From: Halocafeteria seosinensis
Taxonomy: Eukaryota
NCBI GenBank assembly: GCA_001687465.1
Contig: LVLI01000275.1
Span: 1-43,408, forward strand
Direction: 5' to 3'
DNA length: 43,408 nucleotides
In this document: positions 9,938 through 22,483 of the stretch, piece by piece
Layout of the letters: each line of letters starts with the position of its first letter
How positions within the stretch are numbered: the first letter of the stretch is position 1
Translations under genes and position numbers: made by a program
The notes under the pieces: model-generated
The model's database searches: none
The model's input: the letters and a program-made list of their open reading frames with translations, nothing else
What the model was told of the DNA's origin: nothing

Positions 9938-11668
9938 TTAAGAGGTTTTCCTTTTGGGAACGAGGAACTGCAAGAGAAGTGGACCTAATCCTCTGCGTAA
10001 GACACCTCCAGGAGAAAGTTTAATACCGTAACGAGGGTCGGATTCAATAGCGCAGAGAAGGCGCCAAAGTCCGTCCCGGATATGCCGCGCACGCTCGCTT
10101 GTGCAGGTTGCCTCAACCTCTTTGACGAAAAAGTTCAGGTCGTCAAGCGACAAGTATCCGTCGTCATCACTGTCATAAATGGCGAACCAGTACAAAATGC
10201 TGATGTCAGACATACGATCTTCAAGCGCAAGACAGAACCACATGAAGTCTTCAAAGTTTAGTTTGCCCTCTGAACCTGCTCTTGACTTCCAGCGAAACCG
10301 AGTTGAAGCCAGACGCCGACAGAAGAATTCGGGAATATTCAGCTTCAAAAGTGACATGAGGACAACTGGAGATATCTCCCTATCTTGAATACGCGCAGGT
10401 GGATACGTATGAGGGAGTTCACTCCCATACTCCTCTGAGCTGCTTCGTTTCAGAGCGTGGGTAAAGATTGCATGGTAATTAACAAAACCCCTGAGACTGA
10501 ATATTTCTACTTCTTCAATACCACATGAGGCACATCTGTAAAAGACATCACTAACATTACTATCCCAGAGATTTCCGTAGCTTATTCGCCAGCAGGCTAG
10601 GGATCGGAGAGACGCAAACAGGCGCGTGAGCACCGACGTGACGTAGCATGACCGAAGACTTGCGTCCTTCTTTACACTTTGCAAGTCTGGATGACGTTGC
10701 ACTAGTGCCTCAACTAATGGTCGGATATCGTGCCCATTTAAATGTCGATGCCTTTCAAACTTCCTACTAATGGTCGTCTGTATCTCCGCCGCCGTTGTGC
10801 TTTGTTCCATGTTCAGTACAAATTCTTTTGTTGGTGGACCCATGAGGTGCAGGATCTTGCTTTTTCTGCCTGCTTTCTCCAGACCTGGAGGCCAAAACCT
10901 CAGTAAATCAATGAGCGAAAGCGCTTTTTTCTCTTTAACTGGTGTACCTCCCGTAGACCCTGCAACGGGTGAAATAGAGCAAACTCGACCAAGGGTGCCT
11001 TCAGCCACGAGTTCAGCCAGCAGCGAACAAGCCTGTATAGCTCGGTCGAAGAGCACGATTCCCAAATAGGCGGGCAATCCGCAGTGCTCCTTGACCAGTT
11101 TTCGGTACTCAATATCCGTCTCTCGCAGACACGGCGACAAGACATTACCCAAGCGGCCTTCCAAGAATGAAGGGATAATTCTGCGGTACTCAGGGACATA
11201 GTTGTCAGACGATACATGTATGTTGCAAGACGACGTAGAGCTCTCTTCTTGTGGAGTAATTGCGCGTACTGTAGGGGTCTCCAGGTAGATGTCACTGACA
11301 GCGTCAGTACTGATCCGAGATGGTTGCGCTGACGGTATGCAGGTGGAATGTGTAGGTACGCCATCGCCTGCAGCTGCCGCAGTACTACGCTGTGGGACAG
11401 TGTCCACACCTTCGGCAAAAGCAGCTTCACTTTCATTGTTTCGGGCTTCGACACACCAACCATTTCGCAAAGGTCGCGTCCGGGGCATCGCAGCTGCTGC
11501 AGAGTTCGAAACATATTCAGTAACACACTCTGCGCCCCTGGTGGTCTGATGGACGTGGCTCAGAACGGGTGCAGGGTGATCCTCCTCATAACCCAAAGTT
11601 TCCGGGTATACTCTTGTTTGACCGTCTCCCTTGAAGCATCTCTTCCATATCTTCGGCAGCGTGGGCAT
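9938..11668 (-). CDS. PP2A regulatory subunit B''-like EF-hand protein (divergent), paralog 2
   Basis: LVEALVQRHPDL, GKLNFEDFMWFCLALEDR...SILYWFAIYDSDDDGYLSLDDL; 576-aa intronless ORF; shares RKLVK-x-x-CGLPAYLG with paralog 1. Confidence 0.85.
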   Translation of the reverse strand: MPTLPKIWKRCFKGDGQTRVYPETLGYEEDHPAPVLSHVHQTTRGAECVTEYVSNSAAAAMPRTRPLRNGWCVEARNNESEAAFAEGVDTVPQRSTAAAAGDGVPTHSTCIPSAQPSRISTDAVSDIYLETPTVRAITPQEESSTSSCNIHVSSDNYVPEYRRIIPSFLEGRLGNVLSPCLRETDIEYRKLVKEHCGLPAYLGIVLFDRAIQACSLLAELVAEGTLGRVCSISPVAGSTGGTPVKEKKALSLIDLLRFWPPGLEKAGRKSKILHLMGPPTKEFVLNMEQSTTAAEIQTTISRKFERHRHLNGHDIRPLVEALVQRHPDLQSVKKDASLRSCYVTSVLTRLFASLRSLACWRISYGNLWDSNVSDVFYRCASCGIEEVEIFSLRGFVNYHAIFTHALKRSSSEEYGSELPHTYPPARIQDREISPVVLMSLLKLNIPEFFCRRLASTRFRWKSRAGSEGKLNFEDFMWFCLALEDRMSDISILYWFAIYDSDDDGYLSLDDLNFFVKEVEATCTSERARHIRDGLWRLLCAIESDPRYGIKLSPGGVLRRGLGPLLLQFLVPKRKTS

Positions 11669-12355
11669 CCCGAAGTTCTTCGCTAGGTAAATAGGTGCTC
11701 CTATTTGACAGTGATGCTCAGTAATTTCCTCATTATCAGCCCAGGGGTAACATAAAATGAATCATTACTGCAAAGCTGCCTTGTAGAAAAGACTCTGACA
11801 CACGCGCCATTTACAATACAGGTACTGAGGTAACGAGTGCCGTTATATCAACTCCGATCATTGTAGTGCAGATAGTGCCACTATCTCCATAACGGGAGCG
11901 ATGAATGAGAACTAGAAGCAATTACCACATACAACGATATTTCTTCCACAGCAACAGGTTTCCGTAGCACATGCCGTATATAGCGCTGGCGACGCCGACA
12001 GGCAGCGGAAGGTGAGGTTGTCCAGGGAACGGCGAAACGTCAGTACCCTTTGCGGTTGTAGTGAACATGCATCGCAGCCATGCCCTTGCTGCTGTCGCGC
12101 ACAGAAAAGAAGGCTTTCCTTTCCCAGGTACTGCACACCGCGGAATACATAGTACCAAGTGGTAAGCCGTTGCCAGCGGCAACAAACGAACGGCAGAGCG
12201 ATTGCTTCGTACGACGTCCAAGTAAGATAACCAACGCCGCACATCAAAATGTAAGTATGGATGCATATTACAGGCTTGACATGCACACCAGCATGCTACC
12301 AAAAGTTTATTCGCCGCACGCCGAACAGAGATTGTGTCAGTGCTCCGTCTAGCTG

Positions 12356-15217
12356 CTATGACTCTGCTGGATCCGTATGGGCTATCACATCCGAGTCGTC
12401 AAACATACCACTGGTCTCTCGCGCGATAGATAGACAGCGCACTTCCTCGTTGCTCTCTTGAGAAGCGAGGCTGTAGACTACCGCTAGGTGCCTCTTGATT
12501 TGCTCATATAATGCACTGTCTTTGCATAGATAAGAACGTTCGTCGCTTATTCTTGCGAAGATTTTCCTCAAGAGTGTAAGACTTGCAGATGACGACGAAA
12601 GATCACCATTGCCGCTAAGATCATCTTCACATTGTTGATTCAACTGTTCATAAAGAATATCCGGAGAGAGAGACATCCTCAGAGTGCGCGTCAGCGAAAA
12701 TACAGTGTCTTCCGCTTCTCGCCTCCGTTGACGGAACCACACCATGAATGTACTTGTTTGCATAAAATCTCTATACAGTCGTTTGAAATCCACTTTCTTA
12801 ACCTGCTTTGGTAAATCCTTCTTATCCAAATGCTCCAAGAAAGTCTCAACACAAAACGGACGAAGTAAGCAGCTGGCAAAGTCATCATATGGGCCCAAAT
12901 TCATGGCGCCCAAGGCGCCCTTACTTGAGTGAGTACTAGTCACTGAAACTTGCTCCATACAGAGCTCAAAATAAGTTTCGAACGGACGCAAGAATCCGAC
13001 CGTAAGATCTCGAAAGTGCTTGCTTAGGATCGAGTCATTAATGATAACCGCAGGAATTTCTCCTTCCGAATGGTCGTACGTTAGACTTCGTTCCGCTGCC
13101 GCCGATCCTTTTCCCTTGTTTTCAGACGCGGTATTTAGGCGCAGTTGTTCGCCCTCCTCCAATCCGTTATTCACGGGCAGAAGTTGCTTTAGCACGGTTT
13201 TGGATGGAGGCACATTCCAACCATCTTTGTGCAAAAATGTACTCTTGGAACTGTTACTCTTCTTGTATTCCATACCCTTGAGAGAATTGTCCAACGGAGT
13301 TCCGAGTGGGACAGCAATATTGCGACAATTATGATAACGATACTCTCTGGCTGATTTAGACGCCTTTACATTCGCAGTACACTTAATCGGCTCACTGAAA
13401 AAGCATGATACTGTGGGCGCTCTATCTCTTAGCTCAGTGTCATTCCCAGGAGAGCTATTTTGATCCTCCGCAGATAGTGCTTCGTCACTACTGCGGCATC
13501 TACGCACTCTAGCATCACCGGATGAGGAAGTACCCATACACTGCACGTGCTTAGAGTTGGAAATATTCACGGTAGTAACAAAAATCCACGTTTTTTAGTA
13601 TGTGGCTGCTCGCCCATTGACTTACCGGCTTTACGTCAACGTTCAAACCAGCGTCAGCGTTCCCCAAATGCTGCCACAACAAGGGGTTTGAGAATCCTGT
13701 AACCAGTCCTATTTCTCGCCCTTGAGTAGTTTCTGGAAACTCTCTGGATTCTAGAAAAAGTTCAGTCGGTGAGTCCTTCAGGGATGAATCTGCGGACCAT
13801 TTCGAACTTCCTCTTTTTCCTTTCCATAAATTTCTCAGCTTCGAAAGCGTATTCTTCGACCGTTTTGCATCTGAGTTTGACGCCAGGGGTCGTCTTGGGG
13901 GAGTCAATGTTAGACGACTCATTGGACTTGAGCTCGATGCGTCGGACTTTTGAGAGGGGCTTGGCGTCCTGGCTTTGTAAGTGTGCTTAGGCGACAAAAG
14001 CCTAAACGCTTTTCCTCTCGCAGAGAGGCCGCTCATTTCTTCTCCACCGTCATTCTCTTTCCGAAGGTATCGAGACATGTTCCAAGTGTCAGGGTCGTGA
14101 ATCGTTATATAAGGACGATAATCGCCGGAGAAAGGAAGCGGATTAATTAACGACACGATGGCTAGTACAATATCAGAGCAAAGAGTTGCATCCGGGCACC
14201 GAACACAGACCGTTTTCCCGCGGATTAGGAGAGTCCAGATATGCCACAAGTAATGGAGGAAAGGACAAAGTGTTCTGTACACCCCCACATCCGAAAAATT
14301 GTCCTGGCCAATTGTAGCACCGGTAGCATCCTTATTTTGGGGATGAGAAGCTTCAAGGTTGCCACGTCGTGGGATTGTGTACTCAAGTGTCCGTCCAAGG
14401 AGAGGAAGCTGGACGGCTTCCCCTTCTGTTGGAGATGGCCAATCCCTGATGTGGCGATAAGCCATCTCTAAAGTGACAAGTGCTTTTGTATCTTCGTAAG
14501 CGTGTCCTATGACCAATGCCGCGTGTTTTAAGAGAACGGGAAACGGTAATTCGGAAAGTAGTATAATTCCCGTTTGATCAAATCCTCTCCTATGAGACGT
14601 ATTTGGTTTCTGCGAAAAATATACCGCTCCAAGGAGGAATTCCGACCGCGATTGACCACTAGCTGCTCCTTCCTCCTCGTGTGAACTCTTCTGCAAAGAT
14701 CGTAAGACGGAAGACGCTCTTTCACGTCCAGGAATCTTGAAGCATGCCGAAGGCGTCCATTGCTTCGGAGAACTGCATAGGAATTGCATTCGTGGGTGGT
14801 ACACCACCAGATTAACAATCTCAGCTGCGCCTTACTTGCGTAATCGAATGCAATAGACGCATTCGAGGACCCCATCGGGCCCGGCCGACATTCCTTCGGG
14901 AAGACATAAGTGCGCTAAAGTTGTCCGACACTCCGAGTGTATCTGCAGTACCACCACGGTCAAATTTCTGTCTGTATACACTCCAGTCAGTGCTCGAAAC
15001 ATACCACCCCTGAGGGGTATTCGTAGCTCAGAGTAGGCCCTTTCTCAGCGTCGAATTCCACGAGACCAACGCATCTGCACCACGAAGCGACGCCATCTCC
15101 TTGCTCTGGCTGGAGTGGATCCTGGGATGAAGATGCTTCCAAAGCACCGCCGGACGCAGCAGCTGCCATGACGGAAGGCCGCACTAAGCTAGTAGGCGAT
15201 ATTTTGCGTTCAGTCAT
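12356..15217 (-). CDS. DENND6: DENN domain protein 6-like Rab GEF (FAM116/Afi1 family), 4 exons
   Basis: LVEFDAEKGPTLSYEYP, LAHLCLPEG, GAVYFSQKPNTSHRRGFDQTGIILLSELPF, GDYRPYITIHD, KHFRDLTVGFLRPFETYF, LYRDFMQTSTFMVWF. Three phase-compatible GT-AG introns at about 14943-15003, 14774-14835 and 13541-13625. Confidence 0.88.
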
Positions 15218-15519
15218 GCATGCTTACGGATGTATTGATTCTGTGAATAATCAATACAATCGAAGAAAGAGGGAGTGACAAGTGTGGATACCGGTTCCAC
15301 ACAAGTGAAGTGGTGGCCCAACGGGTTCCGCCTTCGTAGCACATACTCAATGCATTGTAGTATTTTTATCTTTTGTCGCTACACAGACATACATGCACAT
15401 ACGTACAAACATAAAGAAAACAAAATGCGTCACCATGCACCGATCGTTCTGACGTAACTCGATATTCCAATTGCCCTATTTACGACTCAAAGTTGCACGA
15501 CAGTACCTTCCAATCACTG

Positions 15520-16930
15520 TCATGAGTTTCTTCCAAAGGCTTTGGCAGCCTCTTTAGCGAACGAGATATCTTCTTCGCTGAGGTCGTTTCCCATCCCAGG
15601 AGTCGTGCTCCCGTTGTTGTCAGCCTCCCACTGTGTAGCATCGATTGACATCGAACCATCTTTTGTTCCTGAAGAATTACGTCCTCGGTAAGAATCTAAG
15701 TCATCCATAGGATAAAGCCCATTGACGCCCTCAAAACTTCGCTGGCTCATGCGAGACACACTTCCTTCGCTCTCATAGTCGTGAAAGTAGTCGCCGACAC
15801 GCACGTCTCGATACCTCTGTTCCAGGTCCCCTTTCTGCACCAAAATATCAAATCACTCTTTTCATTATTGCCCAAGAAAAATCGAATGAGCACCTCGCCG
15901 ACAACGTACCTGGCCAGAAGCCTTGTCAACAGAACTTGAGCCTCCAGAAGAGGGAATATGGGAAGTTAGTGACAGCGAAATCCCCATAGGAAACGCTTCC
16001 AGAATCGTAAAGAATAAAAACGTCTCATAGCGGATCGGCGGAAACGTCGTCAGGTCCAGTACTTCAGCAATGAAGAGGATATCGTACAAACTATGCAAGA
16101 AAAAAAGGAAAGTCAGCACTAGCGTGAGACTCACAAGAGTCCTGGGGCTCCGCGGTAGAACCAGGGAACTATATTCCATCGGAGTCAACCGAGAAAAGCG
16201 TACCGCAAAAAAGAATAACAAACAAGCAAGCGTTAAATAGCAAACGCTGCTATACCCATGTTGGAGACTATGCATCACATGGCGAAGATTAGCTTGGTTT
16301 TGAGCAAGCGTGAGACCGATGACTACGAAGTCGACCAGATACAAAACCACCATAACCAGTGAGAAAACAATATAATTCCTCTTGCTCTGTTGAGCATGCC
16401 TCGAAATGTGCGTCGAAGTAGATGTGTTGATGTCCAGTAATGGCTCCATCTTGGGTGCAAATCGAGTGTTCAGTGCAGACACTCTCGGCGAGCTATGCTC
16501 AATGTTCGCAAAGAAAATGACCCATAGTGCAAAATCAGTAAATTGCAATGAGGTGGGTAGCAAATAAAATATTTCTTCCTGGTTCAAAGAATAGAACAAG
16601 CAACGAAAACAGTGCGTGAACATGCTCTAATAACCTGGGACTCTTTTGCACATACCCATGATGCCGTGTCCTTATGAGAAGAGAAGAATATAAACACTCG
16701 GAAAGGTAGCCACAACAACCCGATACATAAAAAGATCCCGTGAAACGATGACAACCGATGCTTTTCCTTAACGATTTTCCAAAGCTGTACGCTTCTCCGT
16801 CACACAAGTTTTTGAATTGCAACAAGGCAGTTCCCGTGGCACTTACCTGGTAGACTGCCCAGAGCAGCAGCGCCAGGAAGATAAATGCTAATGCCCATGT
16901 CCATACGTTATTGATGGCGCTGTATGCCAT
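15520..16930 (-). CDS. 7-TM integral membrane protein, GPR137/TM7SF1 (TOM1-like) family, 4 exons
   Basis: Spliced reading LSSFHGIFLCIGLLWLPFRVFIF, IFYLLPTSLQFTDFALWVIFFA, FFTILEAFP; several hydrophobic helices; three in-phase GT-AG introns; acidic C-terminal tail. Confidence 0.7.
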
Positions 16931-17598
16931 CTTTGCGAGTTTAACCAGAGTTGACCTCAATAGTGAATAGATGCCAGGGTGAATTCGGTGCTGTCCTTCC
17001 TCTCATCAAATAACCTCCAAAAGCTAGCGTTCATTTTGTTCCCCATGAAGGAATGGCAACGAATTAATCGATCTCCTATTAGTGATGCTCGTCTTGTGGG
17101 GCTGCACAGCTCCATAAAGGACGCTTTATTCAATATGGGGTAGGGAGTAACTTGAAAGTACTTCCCGCATACAAACACTGTCTTCTCTCTCTATGTGTGT
17201 AAGCCTCCACTGGACTCGTACCGCAGTGGATCCCTACCTTGAGTTAAATACACACCTATAGAGCTGTTCCAACCTAGCTAACCATCATTCTATTATATCA
17301 TAAAATGGGGTGCATGAAGTGGCCGAACCAAGCAATCTTTTCGTTGCTTGAAGTTCCGACGCGTGACAGGTTGACAAGTTGACAGCTGCTTGTCAGATCC
17401 AGNCTTGCCGAAGACACGCGCAGTGTAGCCCCATTACGAGAGGTACGCACGACAGGAGCCTCGCTCCTTGCAAACAATATGATAAAATTAGTTGAGGTCG
17501 AGACAAACTCCAATTGTTGCGAGGGGCGTTCGGGAAACGTTCGCCACCCAACGGGTGTATTCATTGATTCGAAGCACATTAATAACACTCTATGCCTC

Positions 17599-19060
17599 TT
17601 ACAAATTCTTGCGTCGTCTCGTTTCGCATTGTTTCACTTTCTTCACAAAATAATTAGGATCTAAAATAGCTTCCACAGGGTGTACCTTCACCAGGTATGT
17701 GTCCTTGGTAGTTTCGAATGGAAGTTCCTCTTTGGTGCGGACATCGCGAGCATCCACAATTGAAGCATCAGTTTCCTCAATATTATCGTCGAAGAAGATC
17801 GGATGCACTCTGCAAATATGTAGTTCAGCAATCGATATATGCCAATCGCAAGGGGTATCATGCACCACTTACGTCGGATCCTCTTGGTCTACCAGCAACA
17901 GCTTACCGGCTGATGCGGTTTCGCCACTGGAATGCCAGTAATGATAGTAGTCTCTGTAGCCGAACATACGCTCCCCGTACTCAATTTTCTTATTCATGTG
18001 CTCCCAAATCGACTCAAATCCGTTTAGATGCTGTACTAAGGGTGGTAGATAGTTTGTTTCGCTACTACCGGCACTACCAACAGTGCATGCAAGGAAAATA
18101 TCGTCAGATCGGGGACCTCGACGCAGGAAGTGACCAGTATTGTTCGGACAAACTAGCCTGAGATCAGGCCTCCCAGTAATAGTCCCATGGAGTGCCCGGT
18201 GAGGATACAGAGGGTGCCTACCCGAGCAATATCTGCATACAATGTGCTCCACAAAAATATTAGTCCAAGATCCACCTACGCGTAAACGCATTCACTTACA
18301 AATTATGCTCCGCAATAACGAATCCAAGGTCACCTCCGAAAGTTCTAAAAACGATAGAGAAATCTCGGCCCGTTCCAACCAAGTGCTCAATGAGTTTAAA
18401 ATAGGAAGGCATAATGAACCGGTATCCACTCCTCATCCATTCATATTCGCGGCACTGGTCTAGTTTATCCTCGGGGATACGAAGAGCCTGGTCCAGTTCG
18501 TGGAACTTTCCAACAAAACGTTCTCCGCAGTGTCCCTCATTAGTGAATTTGTTAAGTAAGGATTTACGTAGCTGCAAGTTCGTGAACGGTAGCTTGACTA
18601 GACAACACTATGGGGCTCCATCGAAACAACTTACTTCTCGTTGGGACTGATTGTAGGCGTATATTTTTTCCGAGTCCTGTATCGTCTGCATCCCCGAGGT
18701 CTTGTGATACGGGTACAGCACGTTTTCAACAAAGTCGTGATACGTCCGCAACTCCTCTGATTCTTCTCCAGTAGGGTCTTGAGAGCTGAGTTCCATATGG
18801 GCTAGCTTCCATTGCCACAGTGATCCATCTTTAGGGCACCTTTTGATGCACACTCCGGGTTCCTCCTTTTCTTCTGCATCGCCTTGTACAGCTCCTCCTT
18901 CGCCTGCAGTCGGTGCAACTTGGTGGACTGTGCCCCAGGCCAGACCAGCGATGCTTTCGTTCAAGATATTTTCCATTGATTTTCCACCCGCGACGTCACT
19001 CATCACAAGCGTCTTATTGACGTCGATATGCAGGATCAATCTCGCTTTCGAAGAACTCAT
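17599..19060 (-). CDS. Conserved uncharacterised protein with HAD-like motifs, 4 exons
   Basis: RLILHIDVNKTLVMSD, IMPSYFKLI...FSIVFRTFGGDL, YCSGRHPLYP, RDYYHYW...GKLL, HPIFFDDNIE. ORFs are joined by three GTAAGT...CAG introns in compatible phase. Confidence 0.7.
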
Positions 19061-19589
19061 TATGGTTGTATAATGCTTGATAAACAATGGATGCTTCGCG
19101 AGCTTCACGAAGGGTTGCCCGATGTTCCGGAAGAATTTCACCGCTGAGGATACCACAGACCGAAGTGGAAACCGGGGGATCATATAGATACTGCGTCTGA
19201 GACGAGTGTTGACGGAAAAATGGTATCTAACAAGACAGGTGTCTACACAATCAGATGATGAATCTCGCCGAGTCAAGTGAAACTAAAGATTGTGTTGTTG
19301 AAGTTCCACATCTCGAGAAATGGCGATCCTATTGTGGTGGTATTTTACATGCTAATGGTATACTATGTGTCCAAAACATATCGGACAGATTAACAATTAC
19401 CTGTATTGAAGGGAGGATCCAAGGAGCTGGCAGAATCGGACAGATTTTGGCGTGTGAAGACCAGATACAGGAGAGCTTCAACAATGTCATGAGACTTCTA
19501 TTACCGCTGGTATACAGCGTCGCCAGTGGCTAAGAGGACCACTTGCTACCTTTTTTTGTTCAAGAGATAACCTGTGGCCAAAAGAGAAA

Positions 19590-21614
19590 ATGGAGGAATC
19601 TAAGGAAGAGATAAACGAGATTTCTGTGATAGCCTCACAAATGGCAGACGAAGCCATTGAGCAACTAAAACAAGACGCTGAAAAGGAGATTCATGAGGTA
19701 GCAGTGAGCCCTGACACTACAGTAGAGAGCTACTTCGCGATGAGCACAAAAATGTACAATAAAGGACTTACACGATACAAGGAGGGGCGTCTTGAGGACG
19801 CCTATTGTTTCTTCATCAGGGTTGTGGGGTACGTGATGCGCAGCACACGAGGTTTCTATTTGGCATCTCGCCTGTTATTCCTTATATGTTTGCTTTGATC
19901 GCTGTTCAGGTTGGTAACCGAGAAGTTGCCGTATCATCCGGGACATAGTCAAGTACATCCCCGATACCGTCAATTTAGAAGCCTGGCTGGACAGGCTGTT
20001 GCGATGATGGAGCGTATTCGTGAAGAATTGCATTCAAAACGATATCAGTTCCATTTGACACAGCTAACGATGGAAAGAAATGTTGAGAACTATAACTTGG
20101 TTGAACAGAGGTCAATTGAAGATCAAAGAAGGGAGCAGACTGAAACAGAACCCGCGTGCGGGAAGCACAACGATGTAGATTGTCCATCCGAACACAGCAG
20201 TCATAGCGATTCCACGCACAAATACTCTGAGGATGGTCTACTAAAAGGTAAGATAGAATTCAGAGACGATCATTTCGGAAAACATCATGGCGATTCCAAG
20301 AGGGTCTATCCAGAGTTAGACTCTCACGTCGACGATTATCACGATCCATCGGTAAACGGCTACAGCAACAAGTATTTGGATGACAACATCAGCGGAATGG
20401 ACTATCAATCTTTTCATTCGAGGGAGAGGGATTCAAGACCTAGTAGAAAGAATATTTTGCAGCCCCCGGACCCCTGCACATTTTCTTTCGAAACCGTTTC
20501 TCTTAGACCCGGTGGGCACACTCCGTCTTCCCAACCTCGCACGGAGGGCCATGACATACCACATGATGACCACATTTGCTATCCTAAAGTCCAAGACGCA
20601 GTTTCAGTCACAGACATTCGCTCCCCATCCAGTCCTTCCCGAGCTCCCTCTGGCTTCTTTGCCCCTTCGGTGGGGATCCGCAATCCGGGATCGATGTGTT
20701 ACATAAGTGCACCTCTCGCCATTGCTCTGCGTTTGGAGGAATTTCAACGCTTTGTTAACTTTGAAGCGAACAATAGTGAATCTGAATCAGTCCGTTTTCT
20801 CCTCACCAAACTGGCGCAGGACATGGCGGCGTGTGAGCACATTGGGCAAAGAAGCGTCGACCTTCCCTATGGTTTCGATCGCATTTTACGATCAATAGGT
20901 CTCAACGTCACAGTAGGTGAATCCGGAGATGCGCAAGAAGCGTTTTCCTGTATCGTTGAGGGACTGGCTACAGAATTACAAGCTGCGTTCACTCCATTCG
21001 ATATGAAATTGGACACGTGGCGCGTTCTTCCGAATGGCGAAAAGAGAAACATACCATCCGTAGAGGAACGATGCTTACATGTCTCGATACCTCAGCACCG
21101 CCTGGAGCAACCAAGGGACTATTTGTATGGCTCTGAACGACCTTTGCATCATCCGCTACTGAGGATGCTGTCAAATGGCTCGCCTTTTTCCGTCCCGCTA
21201 TTACACTGCATAAATGAATATTTGAATCCCTCGGAACCAAACGGCTCTGAAGGAGATAAGTTTATCTCTCGGTTTGAAATGACGCCACAGCTCCTAATGG
21301 TTCACTTGCGGCGTGCAAATAGCGACACTGGGTCTGATGTCTTCTGCTCAGATGATTTGTTTGTATCCTCTGCCAAACGGGAACCAGACGTCCGTTACCG
21401 TCTCAGGGCTGTTATCTCTCATGTGCGCTTGATCGATGGAGCGAACGAAGAGGTAGGACACTACATCGCTGTAATGCGATATCCTGATAGTAAAAAGTGT
21501 ATTATTTGCGACGATTCATCTGTATCTGTTGCGGATGAGAAGTTAGATGTTGCAACGGCTCCCCAGCAAGTCTATCTTGCTATATACCAACGTACAAGTT
21601 CGAATCCCTCGTGA
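19590..21614 (+). CDS. Ubiquitin-specific protease (peptidase C19) with N-terminal USP8-dimerisation/MIT-like domain
   Basis: Exon 1 YKEGRLEDAYCFFIR, intron 19829-19909, then LVTEKLPYHP; Cys box GIRNPGSMCY, GDAQEAF, PQLLMVHLRR, His box YRLRAVISH...GHYIA...CDDSSV. Confidence 0.88.
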
Positions 21615-21896
21615 GCTCGCGTGAACAAAGCGCTACAAGTGCATCCGTGATAGCGGCGCAGCGCAGTTACCTTGATGTGGCTTTTTTTATACGGGTATCA
21701 TGCCGTACGTTGCAACTGGTCCACCACGGCGGATAGAAAGAATGCGAAAAGCTGAACCATCGATTTAGAGCAAAGTTTCCGCAACTTATAGCAGAGGATT
21801 AGATTTTGTCCCTGAGCATACTGTACAACATACTATAGGTTGTACAATTGACACTCTACGCAGCCAGACGTACATGTGGGTATTGTGATTACAACC

Positions 21897-22118
21897 ACCT
21901 GTACCCAGTAATGTATGTCTGTTACACCTGTAAAATGGAACAACGCAACACGCCGAAAGTCCATTGTCGTTCCAGTCCAAGTATCATTCCCTCTTCACCC
22001 GTTATCGCATGACCTGTACCCAGTAATGTATGTCTGTTACACCTGTAAAATGGAACAACGCAACACGCCGAAAGTCCATTGTCGTTCCAGTCCAAGTATC
22101 ATTCCCTCTTCACCCGTT
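21897..22118. repeat. Perfect tandem duplication: 107 bp x2, period 115 bp
   Basis: 21897-22003 is identical to 22012-22118 (acctgtacccagtaatg...cttcacccgtt). Confidence 0.95.
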
Positions 22119-22483
22119 GTCATGCGATAACGGGGTGGCACTTGTTGTGTGGTCAATTCCACATCTTAGTCGCAGGTTGCCAAAACGTTAAAAGGTTGCG
22201 ACCGACCTCGCGATCATTGAATGAATGCGGTCTTGCCTTGCTCACCCGACAAGTGCACGGCTTGCATTTGTAATAGATTTATTAGTTGGTTTCTGTACAA
22301 CCAATCTAGTTCTACTGGGAACAGACGCCGCCAGGCCAGGGCGGCGTGTAGAAAATGCGTTAAAAGTCTGTACGACGCCCACGCTTCCTCCGGTGTCGCT
22401 CGACGTATACACTACCGGACGTGATTTTTGTTCGTCGTACTCCCATGTTCACGTTTTATAGATATCCACAGTAATAGAGGAAA

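Noticed and set aside
17380..17410. Short TGACA repeats and an ambiguous base (N at 17403)
   Set aside because: Too short to interpret; the N is an assembly ambiguity.
12356..19060. Apparent frameshifts between overlapping ORFs in the DENND6, GPR137-like and HAD-like genes
   Set aside because: All are resolved by short phase-compatible GT-AG introns.
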